The notes: generated from the letters alone by a model not told the origin. DNA of 64,000 bases from Rhodothermales bacterium (GCA_022822185.1 JAJECE010000060.1:64025-128024); one strand, 5' to 3'. Shown: positions 7,892 through 19,085, counted from the first letter of the stretch. Translations and numbers: made by a program.

Positions 7892-9679
7892 GTGGACCGG
7901 AATACGATAATTGCAGTCGTGCTGATCACGGCGATCATGATCATGTGGATGATGATGATGCCTCCTCCAACGCCCCCGGAGCCGGTAGAGGAGATGCCCG
8001 AACCCTCTACTCAGGAGGCGAATCCGCCGGCAGATGAATTTCAAATGGGACAGGCGGCACCAGATACAGCTATCCTTGCCGTTTCAGATCCCCCGATCCC
8101 TGTACAGGCAGCCCGGGTAATCACCGTGGAAACGGATCTGTATACCGCAAGGATCACAGATCTGGGGGCAACGCTGAAAAGTTTTGAACTCAAAGAGTAC
8201 TTCAAATATGATCAGGTCAGCCCGATTCAACTGGTTGACAGCACGGGTCCCGGGGCGATCAGTGTTGGATTCCAGTCCCCCGGGGCACGCAATATTGATA
8301 CGCGAAGCATCCTGTTCGTACAGCGTGATCCCAGAGACAGGATTGATGCAACAGCGAGCCCGGCCACGGTGGAGTTTGAGGCGGCAGTCGGGAGTGGCCG
8401 CCTGCGTCTGACCTATACGTTTACGCCGGGAGACTACGAGGTTGGTCTGGAGGTCGCTCACTTCAATGCAGCCGGATTCCAGACCGCGGAAGGGTACGAG
8501 TTGGTGTGGAATGGTGCAATCCCGTTCAGCGAAGATGTGGATTACCGAAAAGAAGAGGTCAACAAGGTCGGCGCATATGCGCGGAGCGGGAGTGATGTAG
8601 AGGGAATTACATTGCAGAGAGACCAGATCGTGGATCGGACGCTGCGGGGCAATGTATCCTGGGTTGGGGTGAAGAACAAGTATTTCGGTGCCGTGGTCCT
8701 GGCAGATGATCCGGCAAGAGAGGCCGAACTGATCGGAGAGCGTTTTGGGGAGGCCGATGATCCAGAGGTGGCCGTTGATTTTCGTGCCAGCCTGTTTATA
8801 GGTGCACCCGATGAAGCACCGGATCTTTACCGAATCTATCTGGGGCCCCTTGAATACCGGAAGATCAGCCGCTATGATGGTGTCTACGGCATGGTGGACT
8901 ACGGCTGGGATGCGTTTGAATGGATGACCAGACCGCTGGCCATTGCGGTATTCATTCCGGCATTCGGATTCCTGAGTAGTATCATTGACAGTTATGGTCT
9001 GGTGATCATCATCTTCTGCCTTCTAATCAAGGTGGTTCTGCTTCCATTAACGCTAAGTTCCTATAAGAGCATGGCGAAGATGCGGGAACTGCAACCCAAA
9101 ATGCAGGAGATCAAGGAAAAGTACCCGGACAACCCGCAGAAGCAGCAGGAGGCCACCATCAAGATGTATCGTGAGTCCGGTACCAATCCCCTGGGTGCCT
9201 GCCTGCCGATGTTGCTTCAGTACCCGATCATCATTGCGCTGTGGCAGTTCCTGCAGCAGTCCATCGAAATACGTCAGCAGGGGTTTCTGTGGGCCCCCGA
9301 CCTGTCCGCCCCGGATGTGATTTTGAATCTTCCATTCGAGATTCCGTTCTACGGGGATTTCGTTGCAGGCTTTACAATTCTCATGGGGTTGTCCATGATC
9401 CTGCAGATGCGCCTGCAGACAACCCCTGCATCCGGACCGCAGGCGAAGATCTTCATGTATATGATGCCGGCAATGATCTTTGTGATCTTCAACCGACTGC
9501 CGTCGGGACTAAGTTTATATTATTTCTGTTACAACGTTTTTTCGGCGGTGCAGCAGCAGTTCATCAATAGATCCATGAAGAAAAAGGCTGCTGCAGAAAA
9601 AACTGTCACCAAAAAGCCAGGTAAAATCAAGCCGGTGAAAGGGGTCGTTAAAAATTCGACGAAAGAAAGACGGAAGTAG
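7892..9679 (+). CDS. yidC: membrane protein insertase YidC
   Basis: 595 aa with an N-terminal TM, a large periplasmic domain and a C-terminal 60-kDa insertase core (SYKSMAKMRELQPKMQEIKEKY..., NPLGACLPMLLQYPIIIALWQFL). GTG start. Confidence 0.9.
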   Translation: MDRNTIIAVVLITAIMIMWMMMMPPPTPPEPVEEMPEPSTQEANPPADEFQMGQAAPDTAILAVSDPPIPVQAARVITVETDLYTARITDLGATLKSFELKEYFKYDQVSPIQLVDSTGPGAISVGFQSPGARNIDTRSILFVQRDPRDRIDATASPATVEFEAAVGSGRLRLTYTFTPGDYEVGLEVAHFNAAGFQTAEGYELVWNGAIPFSEDVDYRKEEVNKVGAYARSGSDVEGITLQRDQIVDRTLRGNVSWVGVKNKYFGAVVLADDPAREAELIGERFGEADDPEVAVDFRASLFIGAPDEAPDLYRIYLGPLEYRKISRYDGVYGMVDYGWDAFEWMTRPLAIAVFIPAFGFLSSIIDSYGLVIIIFCLLIKVVLLPLTLSSYKSMAKMRELQPKMQEIKEKYPDNPQKQQEATIKMYRESGTNPLGACLPMLLQYPIIIALWQFLQQSIEIRQQGFLWAPDLSAPDVILNLPFEIPFYGDFVAGFTILMGLSMILQMRLQTTPASGPQAKIFMYMMPAMIFVIFNRLPSGLSLYYFCYNVFSAVQQQFINRSMKKKAAAEKTVTKKPGKIKPVKGVVKNSTKERRK

Positions 9680-9683
9680 AGAC

Positions 9684-11030
9684 ATGCTCGCCCAGGATAC
9701 GATTGCGGCGATTGCGACCGCACCCGGTCTTGCGGCGCTTTCCATCATTCGGGTGTCCGGACCCAAAGCATGTTCCGTCGCCTCCGGCTGCTTTGCAGGG
9801 CAGGATCTGGAGACGGTCGCATCCCATACCGCACATGTTGGAATCTGGAAGGACATCGAGGGATCCAGGATTGACCAGATCGTTGCGACCGTGTTTCGTG
9901 CACCCCGCACCGCAACGGGAGAGGATGTGGTGGAAATCACCTGTCATGGTGGCGATTACGTGGCTGCACGGGTACTGGAAAGCCTGCTGGAGCAGGGGGC
10001 ACGGCCGGCACGGCCGGGCGAGTTCACGCAACGCGCATTTCTGGCAGGAAAAATGGATCTCGCACAGGCAGAAGCCGTTGCGGACCTGATCCATGCATCC
10101 AGTGAGCAGGCACACCGGATTTCTCTGGCCGCCTACGAGGGGCACTACTCGGAAGGATTGGAAGCACTTCGCACCGCAATCCTTGAATTGTGTGCACTGG
10201 CAGAACTCGAAATTGACTTCACCGACGAGGATGTGGAATTTGCGGACCGGGCATCACTCCGCAATCTGATTAACCATGCACTGGCACAGGTGCAGGAACT
10301 CCTTGATTCAACAAGGCTCGGGACCGTGGTAAGAGAGGGCATCCGTGTCGTGATTGCCGGGCGACCCAATGCGGGGAAATCCACACTACTGAACAGCCTT
10401 GCGGGACGTGACCGGGCCATTGTAAGCGAGCAGCCTGGAACAACCCGGGATGTTTTGGAGGTTGATGCCGAGTTCGGGGGGCTGCGGTTTCGATTTATGG
10501 ACACCGCCGGGCTGCGAAAAAGTTCAGATTCCATTGAGCAGGAAGGGGTGCAGCGTGCCTATCAGATGATGAGCAAAGCAGATATTGTGGTGTACGTGTA
10601 TGATCTTGTCAGTGGATTGACGGACGAAGATCATCAGGCATTGAAGAGACTGGAGAACACGCCGGTGATTTTGGTGGCGAACAAAGCAGACCTGGTGTCA
10701 GGGATAAGAGGAGAGGGGTTGCCGTTGACCGCCCTCGGCGGACCTAAAGCAGTGGAACCGCTGGTTCATGCACTGCAGCAGCAGGCGGTACGGGTCTATG
10801 GGAAGGCGGACATATCCAGAACGGTGATCAATGCACGGCATAAAACCCACTTAAAGAGTGCATATCAGGCACTTCTGGAGGCAGGAACTGCATTAAATGC
10901 AAATCAGCCACCGGACATTTTTTCGTTGGATTTGCATGCTGCCGCGCGTGAACTGGGGATGATCACAGGGGTTATCACCAATGAAACGGTGTTGAACACC
11001 ATCTTTTCGAGATTTTGTATCGGCAAGTAG
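9684..11030 (+). CDS. mnmE: tRNA modification GTPase MnmE
   Basis: 448 aa. Starts [11 protein letters not shown], has G-domain motifs [12 protein letters not shown] and DTAG, and ends in FCIGK. Confidence 0.95.
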   Translation: MLAQDTIAAIATAPGLAALSIIRVSGPKACSVASGCFAGQDLETVASHTAHVGIWKDIEGSRIDQIVATVFRAPRTATGEDVVEITCHGGDYVAARVLESLLEQGARPARPGEFTQRAFLAGKMDLAQAEAVADLIHASSEQAHRISLAAYEGHYSEGLEALRTAILELCALAELEIDFTDEDVEFADRASLRNLINHALAQVQELLDSTRLGTVVREGIRVVIAGRPNAGKSTLLNSLAGRDRAIVSEQPGTTRDVLEVDAEFGGLRFRFMDTAGLRKSSDSIEQEGVQRAYQMMSKADIVVYVYDLVSGLTDEDHQALKRLENTPVILVANKADLVSGIRGEGLPLTALGGPKAVEPLVHALQQQAVRVYGKADISRTVINARHKTHLKSAYQALLEAGTALNANQPPDIFSLDLHAAARELGMITGVITNETVLNTIFSRFCIGK

Positions 11031-11037
11031 TGATGTG

Positions 11038-12906
11038 ATGGATTCAGGGTTTGACATTATTGTGGTTGGCGGCGGGCATGCGGGGACTGAAGCGGCGGCG
11101 GCCACCGCCCGTATGGGTGCTCGCACACTTCTGATTACCATGAGCCTTGAGGCAATTGGCCGGATGTCGTGCAATCCGGCAATTGGCGGGATTGGGAAAG
11201 GGCATATTGTGCGGGAGATTGATGCATTGGGCGGGGTTATGGGGGCTGCAGCAGATGCAGCCGGGATTCAGTTCAGAATGCTGAACCGCCGCAAAGGACC
11301 GGCGGTGTGGGGGCCAAGGGCACAGTCAGACCGGATTGAGTACGCAACCTTCGTCCGGGAGGCACTGGAAAAACTTCCTGACCTCTATATGCGTGCCGAC
11401 ATGGTGACTTCCCTTGCGGTAGAAAACGGCCGGGTTTGCGGGGTCCGGACCCGGCTGGGCCGCACCTTCGGAGCAAAGGCCGTAATTCTCACCAACGGTA
11501 CATTCATGAATGGTTTGATTCATGTCGGGGAGCGTCAGTTTGGAGGCGGGCGTATGGGAGAGCGACAAAGTACAGGACTGACCGGACAGTTGCATGAACT
11601 GGGGTTTGAAAGCGGCCGGCTCAAGACAGGCACCCCGCCGCGCGTAGATGGAGACACCATTGACTACACTGCGGTGACCGAGCAGCCGGGAGACGAAGAT
11701 CCAATGCCGTTCTCCTTTATGACGGATGAATTAACACAGGATCAACTCAGCTGTTACCTTACGTGGACGAACCCCGAGGTGCACGCACTGCTGCGAAAGG
11801 GATTTGAACAAAGTCCGATGTTTGCCGGGCGGATAGAGGGGACAGGTCCGCGATATTGCCCGTCCATTGAAGACAAGATTGACCGGTTTGCAGCAAAGGA
11901 GCGCCATCAACTCTTTCTGGAACCAGAGGGCCGGCGAACCACGGAGGTGTACGTAAACGGATTTTCAACGAGTCTGCCGGAAGAAATCCAGGAGCACGCA
12001 TTGCGCAAGGTGCCCGGTTTGGAGCAGGTCCATATGCTGCGCCCGGGGTATGCGATTGAGTATGACTACTTTCCCCCGCACCAGCTTCAATACTCTCTGG
12101 AGACGAAGAAGGTTCGAGGATTGTTCTTTGCCGGGCAGATCAACGGTACGACCGGGTATGAGGAAGCTGCCGCACAGGGGCTCATGGCAGGGATCAATGC
12201 CGTCCGTACACTCGGTGCGGAAAGCCCGGTGATTCTTCGCCGGTCGGAGGCCTATATCGGTGTCCTGATTGATGACCTGATTGCCAAAGGGACCGAGGAG
12301 CCCTATCGGATGTTCACCTCCAGGGCAGAGCATCGCATGCTGCTTCGTCAGGACAATGCAGACGAACGGCTTACTCCTCTAGGGCAGCGCCTTGGACTGG
12401 TATCCGAAGCCCGTTATCAGCGAATGCGAATACGCCAGAACACAGTGAAAACAATCATTAACCGGCTTTCAGAATATACAATCCACCCAAAATCATGTAA
12501 CTGTTATTTGAAAAAAGCAGGAACATCTCCGATCAGTGAACCGGTCAAGGCAATTCAGATTGTACGGCGTCCCGAGGTTGGTCTCGGCGATCTCCTGGAA
12601 GCGGCCGGAATTCGGAATGAGATAGTGAACCCTGCGCCGGGGCTGGAACCGGTTGAGCAACTTGCAGAAATCTCCATCAAATATGCCGGATATGTCGCAA
12701 GACAAGAGGAAGAAGCAAAAAAGATGGCCACTATGGAGAGTCGGGAAATTCCCCGAAGTTTCAACTTTGCCGAAGTCAACAATATTACCCTGGAGGCAAG
12801 GGAAAAATTAAGCAGGATTCAACCCGAAACCCTTGGGCAGGCCTCAAGAATCAGCGGGGTAAGCCCGTCCGACATCGCCGTTTTGATGGTTCTGCTGGAG
12901 CGGTGA
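11038..12906 (+). CDS. mnmG: tRNA uridine 5-carboxymethylaminomethyl modification enzyme MnmG (GidA)
   Basis: FAD motif [35 protein letters not shown]. The ATG at 11038 is preferred over the GTG at 11035. Confidence 0.95.
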   Translation: MDSGFDIIVVGGGHAGTEAAAATARMGARTLLITMSLEAIGRMSCNPAIGGIGKGHIVREIDALGGVMGAAADAAGIQFRMLNRRKGPAVWGPRAQSDRIEYATFVREALEKLPDLYMRADMVTSLAVENGRVCGVRTRLGRTFGAKAVILTNGTFMNGLIHVGERQFGGGRMGERQSTGLTGQLHELGFESGRLKTGTPPRVDGDTIDYTAVTEQPGDEDPMPFSFMTDELTQDQLSCYLTWTNPEVHALLRKGFEQSPMFAGRIEGTGPRYCPSIEDKIDRFAAKERHQLFLEPEGRRTTEVYVNGFSTSLPEEIQEHALRKVPGLEQVHMLRPGYAIEYDYFPPHQLQYSLETKKVRGLFFAGQINGTTGYEEAAAQGLMAGINAVRTLGAESPVILRRSEAYIGVLIDDLIAKGTEEPYRMFTSRAEHRMLLRQDNADERLTPLGQRLGLVSEARYQRMRIRQNTVKTIINRLSEYTIHPKSCNCYLKKAGTSPISEPVKAIQIVRRPEVGLGDLLEAAGIRNEIVNPAPGLEPVEQLAEISIKYAGYVARQEEEAKKMATMESREIPRSFNFAEVNNITLEAREKLSRIQPETLGQASRISGVSPSDIAVLMVLLER

Positions 12907-12936
12907 GGTGATGGAGGCGAAATACATTGCTCCGCA

Positions 12937-13593
12937 ATGTTTCACGTGAAACATTTTTCAGTTGCCATGCAATCCTGCCAGCAGGAAAAACTCCAGTCCT
13001 ATGCCAAGCTTCTGCAAAACTATAACCAGCGGCTGAATTTACTCTCGAGGCGCACAATGCCGGAAGGGTTTTGGGGGCATATTCAGGAGTGTCTGGTATT
13101 TGCCGAACTTGGCTTTTCACCGGGATCTTCGCTGGCTGACTGGGGCACCGGGGGAGGATTGCCGGCCATTCCCATTGCGGTTATGCTTCCCGATGTGAAG
13201 GTGTATGCAGTGGATGCGGCGCAGAAAAAAATTTGCGCCGTCAATGCATTCAAGCGAAAACTAAGTCTGCCGAACTTATATCCATGGCATGGCCGGGCAG
13301 AGGACTTTCCGTTTACGATTCAGCACAGTGTGTCGCGGGCGACCGCCTCACTTCGTGTTCTATGGGATTGGCATACGCATGCTGCAACACCGGAGGGGAG
13401 TCTCTACTGTCTCAAAGGAGGAGACATGAGCGGGGAGCAGGAGGATCTGGCTGCGGCTTATCCGAAGACGAAAATCAAACTTCGGCCGGTGCAGGACTCT
13501 CTGCGGTTTGTTGTTCAGATTCGGTCATTTTCGCCGCCAACCGGCAGAGAATCTCGTGAGCCGCCTTCACCGAGGGAACCGTCTGCACAATAG
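12937..13593 (+). CDS. rsmG: 16S rRNA (guanine527-N7)-methyltransferase RsmG (GidB)
   Basis: YNQRLNLLS, a SAM-binding motif LADWGTGGGLPAIPIAV, and a position after mnmG. The start is uncertain. The first codons (MFHVKHF) are simply the parS palindrome, and the ATG at 12967 (MQSCQQEK...) is an equally good start. Confidence 0.85.
   Translation: MFHVKHFSVAMQSCQQEKLQSYAKLLQNYNQRLNLLSRRTMPEGFWGHIQECLVFAELGFSPGSSLADWGTGGGLPAIPIAVMLPDVKVYAVDAAQKKICAVNAFKRKLSLPNLYPWHGRAEDFPFTIQHSVSRATASLRVLWDWHTHAATPEGSLYCLKGGDMSGEQEDLAAAYPKTKIKLRPVQDSLRFVVQIRSFSPPTGRESREPPSPREPSAQ
12938..12953. promoter_or_regulatory. parS centromere-like ParB binding site (perfect palindrome)
   Basis: TGTTTCACGTGAAACA is an exact match to the parS consensus TGTTNCACGTGAAACA. 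It overlaps the annotated 5' end of rsmG. Confidence 0.85.
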
Positions 13594-16500
13594 CACGCAT
13601 TTTCCCTGCCTTCGATTCCTTAATCACATACGTGTTGGGAAGCGCGTCAAGTACTTCCAGGAATGGATCTAATATTTCTGTATAGAATCGCTGATCCTCC
13701 GTGTTCTTTGGCAGACGCAAAAACAGGCGCTGGTTACGAAATGTAATTCGTGGAAGATGCAACGTCTGCCCGATCAGGCGCATACGGGCTCCCAGGAGCA
13801 GTTGACAGGCTGGATCTGGAAGTGGGCCAAATCGGTCTCGGAGTTCTGCTTCTAATTCGTCAAGTGCAGACTGGTTTCCGGCTTCTCCAATTCTGCGATA
13901 CAGGGCCAGTCGTTCAAGATTGTCCACGACGTAGGCTTTGGGAAGCGAGGCGTTCGCTTCAAGATCAATCGTCGTATCTGCGGTCAAAGGGAGTTCCGCA
14001 TCCTTGAAGAGTTCCGAAAAATCTTCTTTGCGGAGTTCCTGAACGGCTTCGTCGAGCATGTTGTAGTAGGTACTGAGTCCAAGGTCCGCAATAAAGCCAC
14101 TTTGTTCACCACCCAGAATATTTCCCGCTCCCCGGATATCCAGATCCCTCATGGCAAGCAGGAATCCACTCCCCAGATCGCTGAACTGCTCCACGGCCTG
14201 CAGGCGCTGCCGTGCATCCCGGCTCAGGGCGTGAACGGAAGGGACCAGCAAATAGCAAAAGGCCTTACGGTCACTGCGACCGACCCGCCCGCGTAACTGG
14301 TGGATCTCCGCCAGCCCAAATAAATGTGCCCGATCAATGATAATCGTGTTGGCATTCGCAATATCAAGTCCATTCTCCACGATGGATGTGGATAACAGAA
14401 CATCAAACTTATGATCGACAAAGTCGGTCATCACGCGCTCAAGTTCTGTCGCACGCATCTGGCCGTGACCAATACGAAAGCGGACACCGGGGACAAGATC
14501 CTGTAACTTGACCAGCATGTCTCCAATGGAGGCCACGCGGTTGTGAATAAAGAAGACCTGCCCTCCACGATTGACTTCATAAAGAATTGCATCACTGATG
14601 AGCGTCCAGTCGGAAGAATGGATTTGTGTCTGAATGGGTTGCCGGTTCGGGGGGGGAGTCCCTATGATAGAAAGATCACGGGCACCGATGAGAGAAAATT
14701 GTAATGTTCGCGGGATTGGGGTTGCGGTCAGGGTCAGCGTATCCACATTGACACGCAGTTCCCGAAGCTTTTCTTTGATCCGAACCCCAAATCGCTGCTC
14801 TTCATCCAGAATCAGAAGTCCCAGATCCTTGAACGAGACATCTTTGGAGACCAGTCGATGGGTTCCAACCAGAATGTCCACCTTGCCATTTCCTACCTCT
14901 GTGAGGAGCTTTTTCACGGCTGTCCCGGTAATGCGGCGTGAGAGTACTTCAACCCGTACAGGGAACTGCTCAAAACGTTTGCAGAATGTGAGATAATGCT
15001 GCTGGGCCAGTACGGTCGTGGGGACCAGTAACGCAACCTGTTTCCCGTCCTGCACCGTTTTGAAGGCAGCACGCACCGCAATCTCCGTTTTCCCGAAACC
15101 TACATCGCCACAAACCAGGCGGTCCATGGGAATTGGAGACTCCATATCCCGTTTAACCGCTTCCGATGCTTCATATTGATCCGGGGTATCCTGCCATGGG
15201 AACGAGGCTTCTAATTCTTTTTGCCAGATCGAATCTGGTGAAAAAGCATGCCCATCCGAAGATTTACGCTGAGCATAGAGGCGGATCAGGTTTCGTGCAA
15301 TATCCTTAATTCGCTTTTTGGCCCGGCTTTTGGTGTGCTCCCATTGCCCGGTTCCCAGCCGGGTCAATGCAGGGACATTCCCATCCCTCCCCGCATACTT
15401 GCTGATCTTGTGAAGTGCATTCACATTCACGAAGACGACATCATCGCCTGCATAGATCAGTCGCACAGATTCCTGGCTTCGCCCCTTGATCTTAATGACC
15501 TTGAGTCCTGCAAATTTGCCAATTCCAAATTCCTTGTGCACCACATAGTCACCAGGCTTCAGGTTTTGTAGTTCCTGGAGACGGATTCCGCCCGTACGGG
15601 CAGCCTTTCGGGTGCGGGGCCGGAAATAACGCCCGAAAATTTCGTGGTCGGTATAAACAGCAATGCCGGTGTGCGGGAGTGCAAATCCGCGGTGCAGGGA
15701 TGCCACCAGGAAGGTGATTTTGCCAGAGTCCAGCAATTCCTCCAATAACGATTCCAGACGCTTTTGCTGGGCGACGCTGTCACAGATAATATAGGTGTGT
15801 TTTCGTCCGGGTGCGGTCAAATCCGAACGAACAAGATCCATCTGGCCGCCGAAGGAAGGTTGTGGACGGGCGCTCACCGCAATCACGGTATCAGAATTTG
15901 CCGCCGCTGTGTGAAAATAAACCCGGGGTTTGGAGGCGCAGGCACGGGCGAATGCATCTGGAGTCAGATACCGTGATTCGGGGACCGGGCACGCTGCGCC
16001 AGCCTGTGTTTTTGACCTGTATTGTGTTTGAACCGTCTCCCAGACGGCCGCTGCAGATTCGTTTAGCCGGGATTCTTCAAAAAGGATCAGGAGGGAACTG
16101 CCGGTCACAAAATCCAGCAGAGAAACCCAGGGGGCATCGCTGGAGGTATGGACGGGTTCGGGAACCACCCGGGCACGGTCCAGCCGGCTGACCGACCGCT
16201 GGCTGACCGCATCAAATTCGCGGATGGATTCAAGTTCATTGCCAAAGAATTCAAGACGCAGAGGCAGTCCGCCGGAAAACGGAAACACATCTACAATCCC
16301 GCCCCGCCATGCAATTTCGCCGGCTTCCTGTACGAAGGAGACCCGGGAAAATCCCTTCTCCGTAAGCAGGTCTACGAGATGATCGGGTGGAATGCGATCT
16401 TGGACCTGTACAGTAATGGACTCCGAGAGTGTTTTATCGGGTGCAGGCATCCGCTCCAGAACCGACTGCAGGCCGGCAACCACCACGGTCTGTGTGTCTG

Positions 16501-16855
16501 GGGCAAGCTGCTGGAGCACATCATGCCGCCGTACCATCGGTGCAGAATCCTCTACCTGCTCGTCATCGTACGGTGATGATCCAAACGGGGGGAACAGAAG
16601 GCTGGGCAGGCCGAGTTCTGTCAGATCCCCATGCAATAGCCGAGCATCTTCAGACTCTGGCAGAATGCAGGTCAGAGAGTGCCCGGATTTCCAGGCACGC
16701 CGGAGCAAAAACGCCGGCAAAGATCCAGAGGAATCCTGCAAGAGGCAGGTCTGAGTTCCCTGGGCCTGCGTACACCATGTGTAAAACGCCTGAAAAGAGG
16801 GGATCCGGGTAAGCCGGGAGGACAATCGTTGCAGAAGAGGATCAGCCAAAGCCAA
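13475..16855 (-). CDS. mfd: transcription-repair coupling factor Mfd
   Basis: 1126 aa with a UvrB-homology N-terminus, an RNAP-interaction domain (DYVVHKEFGIGKF), superfamily 2 helicase motifs (GDVGFGKTE, LILDEEQRFG, QLRGRVGR) and a TRG-type C-terminus. Confidence 0.95.
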   Translation of the reverse strand: MALADPLLQRLSSRLTRIPSFQAFYTWCTQAQGTQTCLLQDSSGSLPAFLLRRAWKSGHSLTCILPESEDARLLHGDLTELGLPSLLFPPFGSSPYDDEQVEDSAPMVRRHDVLQQLAPDTQTVVVAGLQSVLERMPAPDKTLSESITVQVQDRIPPDHLVDLLTEKGFSRVSFVQEAGEIAWRGGIVDVFPFSGGLPLRLEFFGNELESIREFDAVSQRSVSRLDRARVVPEPVHTSSDAPWVSLLDFVTGSSLLILFEESRLNESAAAVWETVQTQYRSKTQAGAACPVPESRYLTPDAFARACASKPRVYFHTAAANSDTVIAVSARPQPSFGGQMDLVRSDLTAPGRKHTYIICDSVAQQKRLESLLEELLDSGKITFLVASLHRGFALPHTGIAVYTDHEIFGRYFRPRTRKAARTGGIRLQELQNLKPGDYVVHKEFGIGKFAGLKVIKIKGRSQESVRLIYAGDDVVFVNVNALHKISKYAGRDGNVPALTRLGTGQWEHTKSRAKKRIKDIARNLIRLYAQRKSSDGHAFSPDSIWQKELEASFPWQDTPDQYEASEAVKRDMESPIPMDRLVCGDVGFGKTEIAVRAAFKTVQDGKQVALLVPTTVLAQQHYLTFCKRFEQFPVRVEVLSRRITGTAVKKLLTEVGNGKVDILVGTHRLVSKDVSFKDLGLLILDEEQRFGVRIKEKLRELRVNVDTLTLTATPIPRTLQFSLIGARDLSIIGTPPPNRQPIQTQIHSSDWTLISDAILYEVNRGGQVFFIHNRVASIGDMLVKLQDLVPGVRFRIGHGQMRATELERVMTDFVDHKFDVLLSTSIVENGLDIANANTIIIDRAHLFGLAEIHQLRGRVGRSDRKAFCYLLVPSVHALSRDARQRLQAVEQFSDLGSGFLLAMRDLDIRGAGNILGGEQSGFIADLGLSTYYNMLDEAVQELRKEDFSELFKDAELPLTADTTIDLEANASLPKAYVVDNLERLALYRRIGEAGNQSALDELEAELRDRFGPLPDPACQLLLGARMRLIGQTLHLPRITFRNQRLFLRLPKNTEDQRFYTEILDPFLEVLDALPNTYVIKESKAGKMRAIVQTVPSVKAAHEILCRLAAKMTESEQQTAESPAPAEV

Positions 16856-16870
16856 AAGTGGAGAGTTTAA

Positions 16871-16886
16871 TGTTTCACGTGAAACA
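16871..16886. promoter_or_regulatory. parS centromere-like ParB binding site (perfect palindrome)
   Basis: A second exact TGTTTCACGTGAAACA, in the 65-bp spacer between the murQ stop and the mfd start. Confidence 0.85.
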
Positions 16887-16920
16887 TTTTATCATTAAAA
16901 CGATGTTCCGCCTACAAGTA

Positions 16921-17835
16921 TTATTGCAGTGCACCCCGCACAAACCCATTGGACGCTTTCAATCGTTGCAGGGCCTCTTCTCTGGAAACTTCCGCAAGAA
17001 TCATCACCAGGGCCGTCTTCACATGGCCATCGGCGGCGATGAGTGCGTTGGTTGCCTCCTCATAGTTCAGTCCGGTGACGGTCATGACGGTGCGACGGGA
17101 TCTCTGCGTCAGTTTTTCGGCGGTCATCTGCAGGTCCACCATCATATTCTGGTAGACTTTACCAAGTCGAACCATGGAAGTGGTCGTGATCATATTGAGC
17201 ACCAGTTTCTGTGCCGTCCCACTTTTCATGCGGGTTGATCCCATGATGACTTCCGGCCCCACAACAACGCAAATGGCCACATCTACGTCAAGATCAAACG
17301 TCGATCGGGGGTTACAGGTGACAAACAGAGTCTTGCATCCAATTTTCCGGGCTTCAGCCATTGCGCCTACCACAAAGGGAGTTCGTCGGCTTGCAGCAAT
17401 GCCGCAAACCACATCATCCGCAGTGAGTCCGATAGCGTGAAGGGCATCAACGCCATCAGATGCACTGTCTTCGGCACCTTCCTGTGATCGAAAAACAGCC
17501 TCCTTTCCACCGGCAATAATGCCCTGAATATCTTCGGGGGAAGACCCAAAGGTGGGAGGACATTCGGATGCATCCAGGATTCCGAGCCGTCCGCTGGTGC
17601 CCGCTCCGATATAAATTAAACGCCCCCCGTTTTCGAGCGCCGCCGTTACAATGTTTACTGCTTTTGCAATGTAGGGCAGCTCTTCCTTTACGGCCTGGGG
17701 GACAAGTTGGTCTTCTGTATTGATAATCGCAAGGATTTCTTCTACAGATGCGTTGTCGATATTCATGGAGCGTGGATTCCGCTGCTCCGTGACTAAGCTT
17801 TGAAGCTCTTCAAATAGCTGGGGGGGTGTAGTCAT
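16921..17835 (-). CDS. murQ: N-acetylmuramic acid 6-phosphate etherase
   Basis: SIS-domain protein with TEQRNPRSMNID and GGRLIYIGAGTSGRLGILDASECPPTFG. The internal ATG at 17835 (MTTPPQLF...) is preferred because the longer ORF would run into recF. Confidence 0.85.
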   Translation of the reverse strand: MTTPPQLFEELQSLVTEQRNPRSMNIDNASVEEILAIINTEDQLVPQAVKEELPYIAKAVNIVTAALENGGRLIYIGAGTSGRLGILDASECPPTFGSSPEDIQGIIAGGKEAVFRSQEGAEDSASDGVDALHAIGLTADDVVCGIAASRRTPFVVGAMAEARKIGCKTLFVTCNPRSTFDLDVDVAICVVVGPEVIMGSTRMKSGTAQKLVLNMITTTSMVRLGKVYQNMMVDLQMTAEKLTQRSRRTVMTVTGLNYEEATNALIAADGHVKTALVMILAEVSREEALQRLKASNGFVRGALQ

Positions 17836-17939
17836 GGGTTGATTTTTAATAGAAAGCGGGTATACGCTTTGCTCGCATAAATGAACCAATGTGCGAACGA
17901 ATATTTGGGATTTGCGTAATCTTGCCTTAAACTGGTGTA

Positions 17940-19085
17940 ATGATCCTGCGCTCACTCCGTCTTCGAAGTATGCGGGCGCATGCGGACACGACGTTGACAT
18001 TCGCGCCCGGGATTAACCTGCTCTACGGACCAAACGGCGCAGGCAAGACGAATATTCTGGAGGCGATTCACTATCTCTGCCTCTCCAAGAGTTTTCTGAC
18101 CAATGTGGATCGCTATGTGCTCCGGCAGGCCGCCCCGTTTTTTGAGATTGAAGGCAAATTTGAGGGATCCCTCCGGCGTGAAATCGAAATACGGATTGCA
18201 TTCGCGGCCCGGCAGGGAAAGCGCATGTTCATTAACGGTGCTCCGCTGGACCGGCTGGCAGAGGTGGTCGGGGTGGTTCCCATCGTTCTGTTTGCGCCCA
18301 GTGACCAGAATCTCACATACGGGGGGCCGGAGGAGCGCCGAAAATTTCTGAACAGCATGCTGAGCCAGGCAAGACCTGCACATCTGGAAGATCTCATTCA
18401 GTACCGCCGTGCGCTGAAACAGCGCAATGAATATCTGATCCGTAATCGTATACGTCCGCTGGACATGAGTATGCTGATGCCGCTCAATACAGTTCTGGCC
18501 CGTTTCGGAGGGAAGATTATTGCCTTGCGTGCCGCGTTTCTTCAGAAATTCGGCGAACAACTTAAGTATGCATGGCAGCAACTCGGAGAGGCGATGGAGG
18601 AACCGGTGGTTCTTTATCAGGGTCCCATTCCCAAAGAGGATCGTGCTTCGGCGGACATGGCGGAGAAGGCGCTGATATCTGCGCTTGAGCAAACCGTGAG
18701 CCGTGATAAAGAAATTGGACGAACGACCGTTGGACCTCATCGGGATGAACTGGTTTTTAAGTTGGATGGACAGGATGTCCGGCGCTTTGCCTCCACCGGG
18801 CAACACCGCTCGTTTGCCATTGCGCTCAAACTGGCACAGTATCACTATCTTGATTCGCGTCTGGAAGAAAAGCCCATCCTGTTACTAGATGATGTCTTTG
18901 ATTCTCTTGACTCTGATCGGACCAAGGTGATTTTGGATTGGTTGCAGGACAGTTCCACAGGACAAAGTCTGGTAACCGTCGCGGATGCGGAAAGATTGCG
19001 CTGCCGCATCCCGCAGGGGAGAGATGCGAATCGGTGTATTCAGGTTCTGCGCGGAGAAATCATCACGGATCCACCGGAGGAATGA
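17940..19085 (+). CDS. recF: DNA replication and repair protein RecF
   Basis: 381 aa with LRLRSMRAH...INLLYGPNGAGKTNILEAI (Walker A), an SMC-like signature and LLLDDVFDSLD (Walker B). Confidence 0.9.
   Translation: MILRSLRLRSMRAHADTTLTFAPGINLLYGPNGAGKTNILEAIHYLCLSKSFLTNVDRYVLRQAAPFFEIEGKFEGSLRREIEIRIAFAARQGKRMFINGAPLDRLAEVVGVVPIVLFAPSDQNLTYGGPEERRKFLNSMLSQARPAHLEDLIQYRRALKQRNEYLIRNRIRPLDMSMLMPLNTVLARFGGKIIALRAAFLQKFGEQLKYAWQQLGEAMEEPVVLYQGPIPKEDRASADMAEKALISALEQTVSRDKEIGRTTVGPHRDELVFKLDGQDVRRFASTGQHRSFAIALKLAQYHYLDSRLEEKPILLLDDVFDSLDSDRTKVILDWLQDSSTGQSLVTVADAERLRCRIPQGRDANRCIQVLRGEIITDPPEE

Noticed and set aside
17952-18845. 297-aa ORF antisense to recF.
   Set aside because: It lies entirely inside recF, which has strong motifs. 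The product is Arg/Ser/Leu-rich and low in complexity, typical of shadow ORFs in GC-rich coding DNA.
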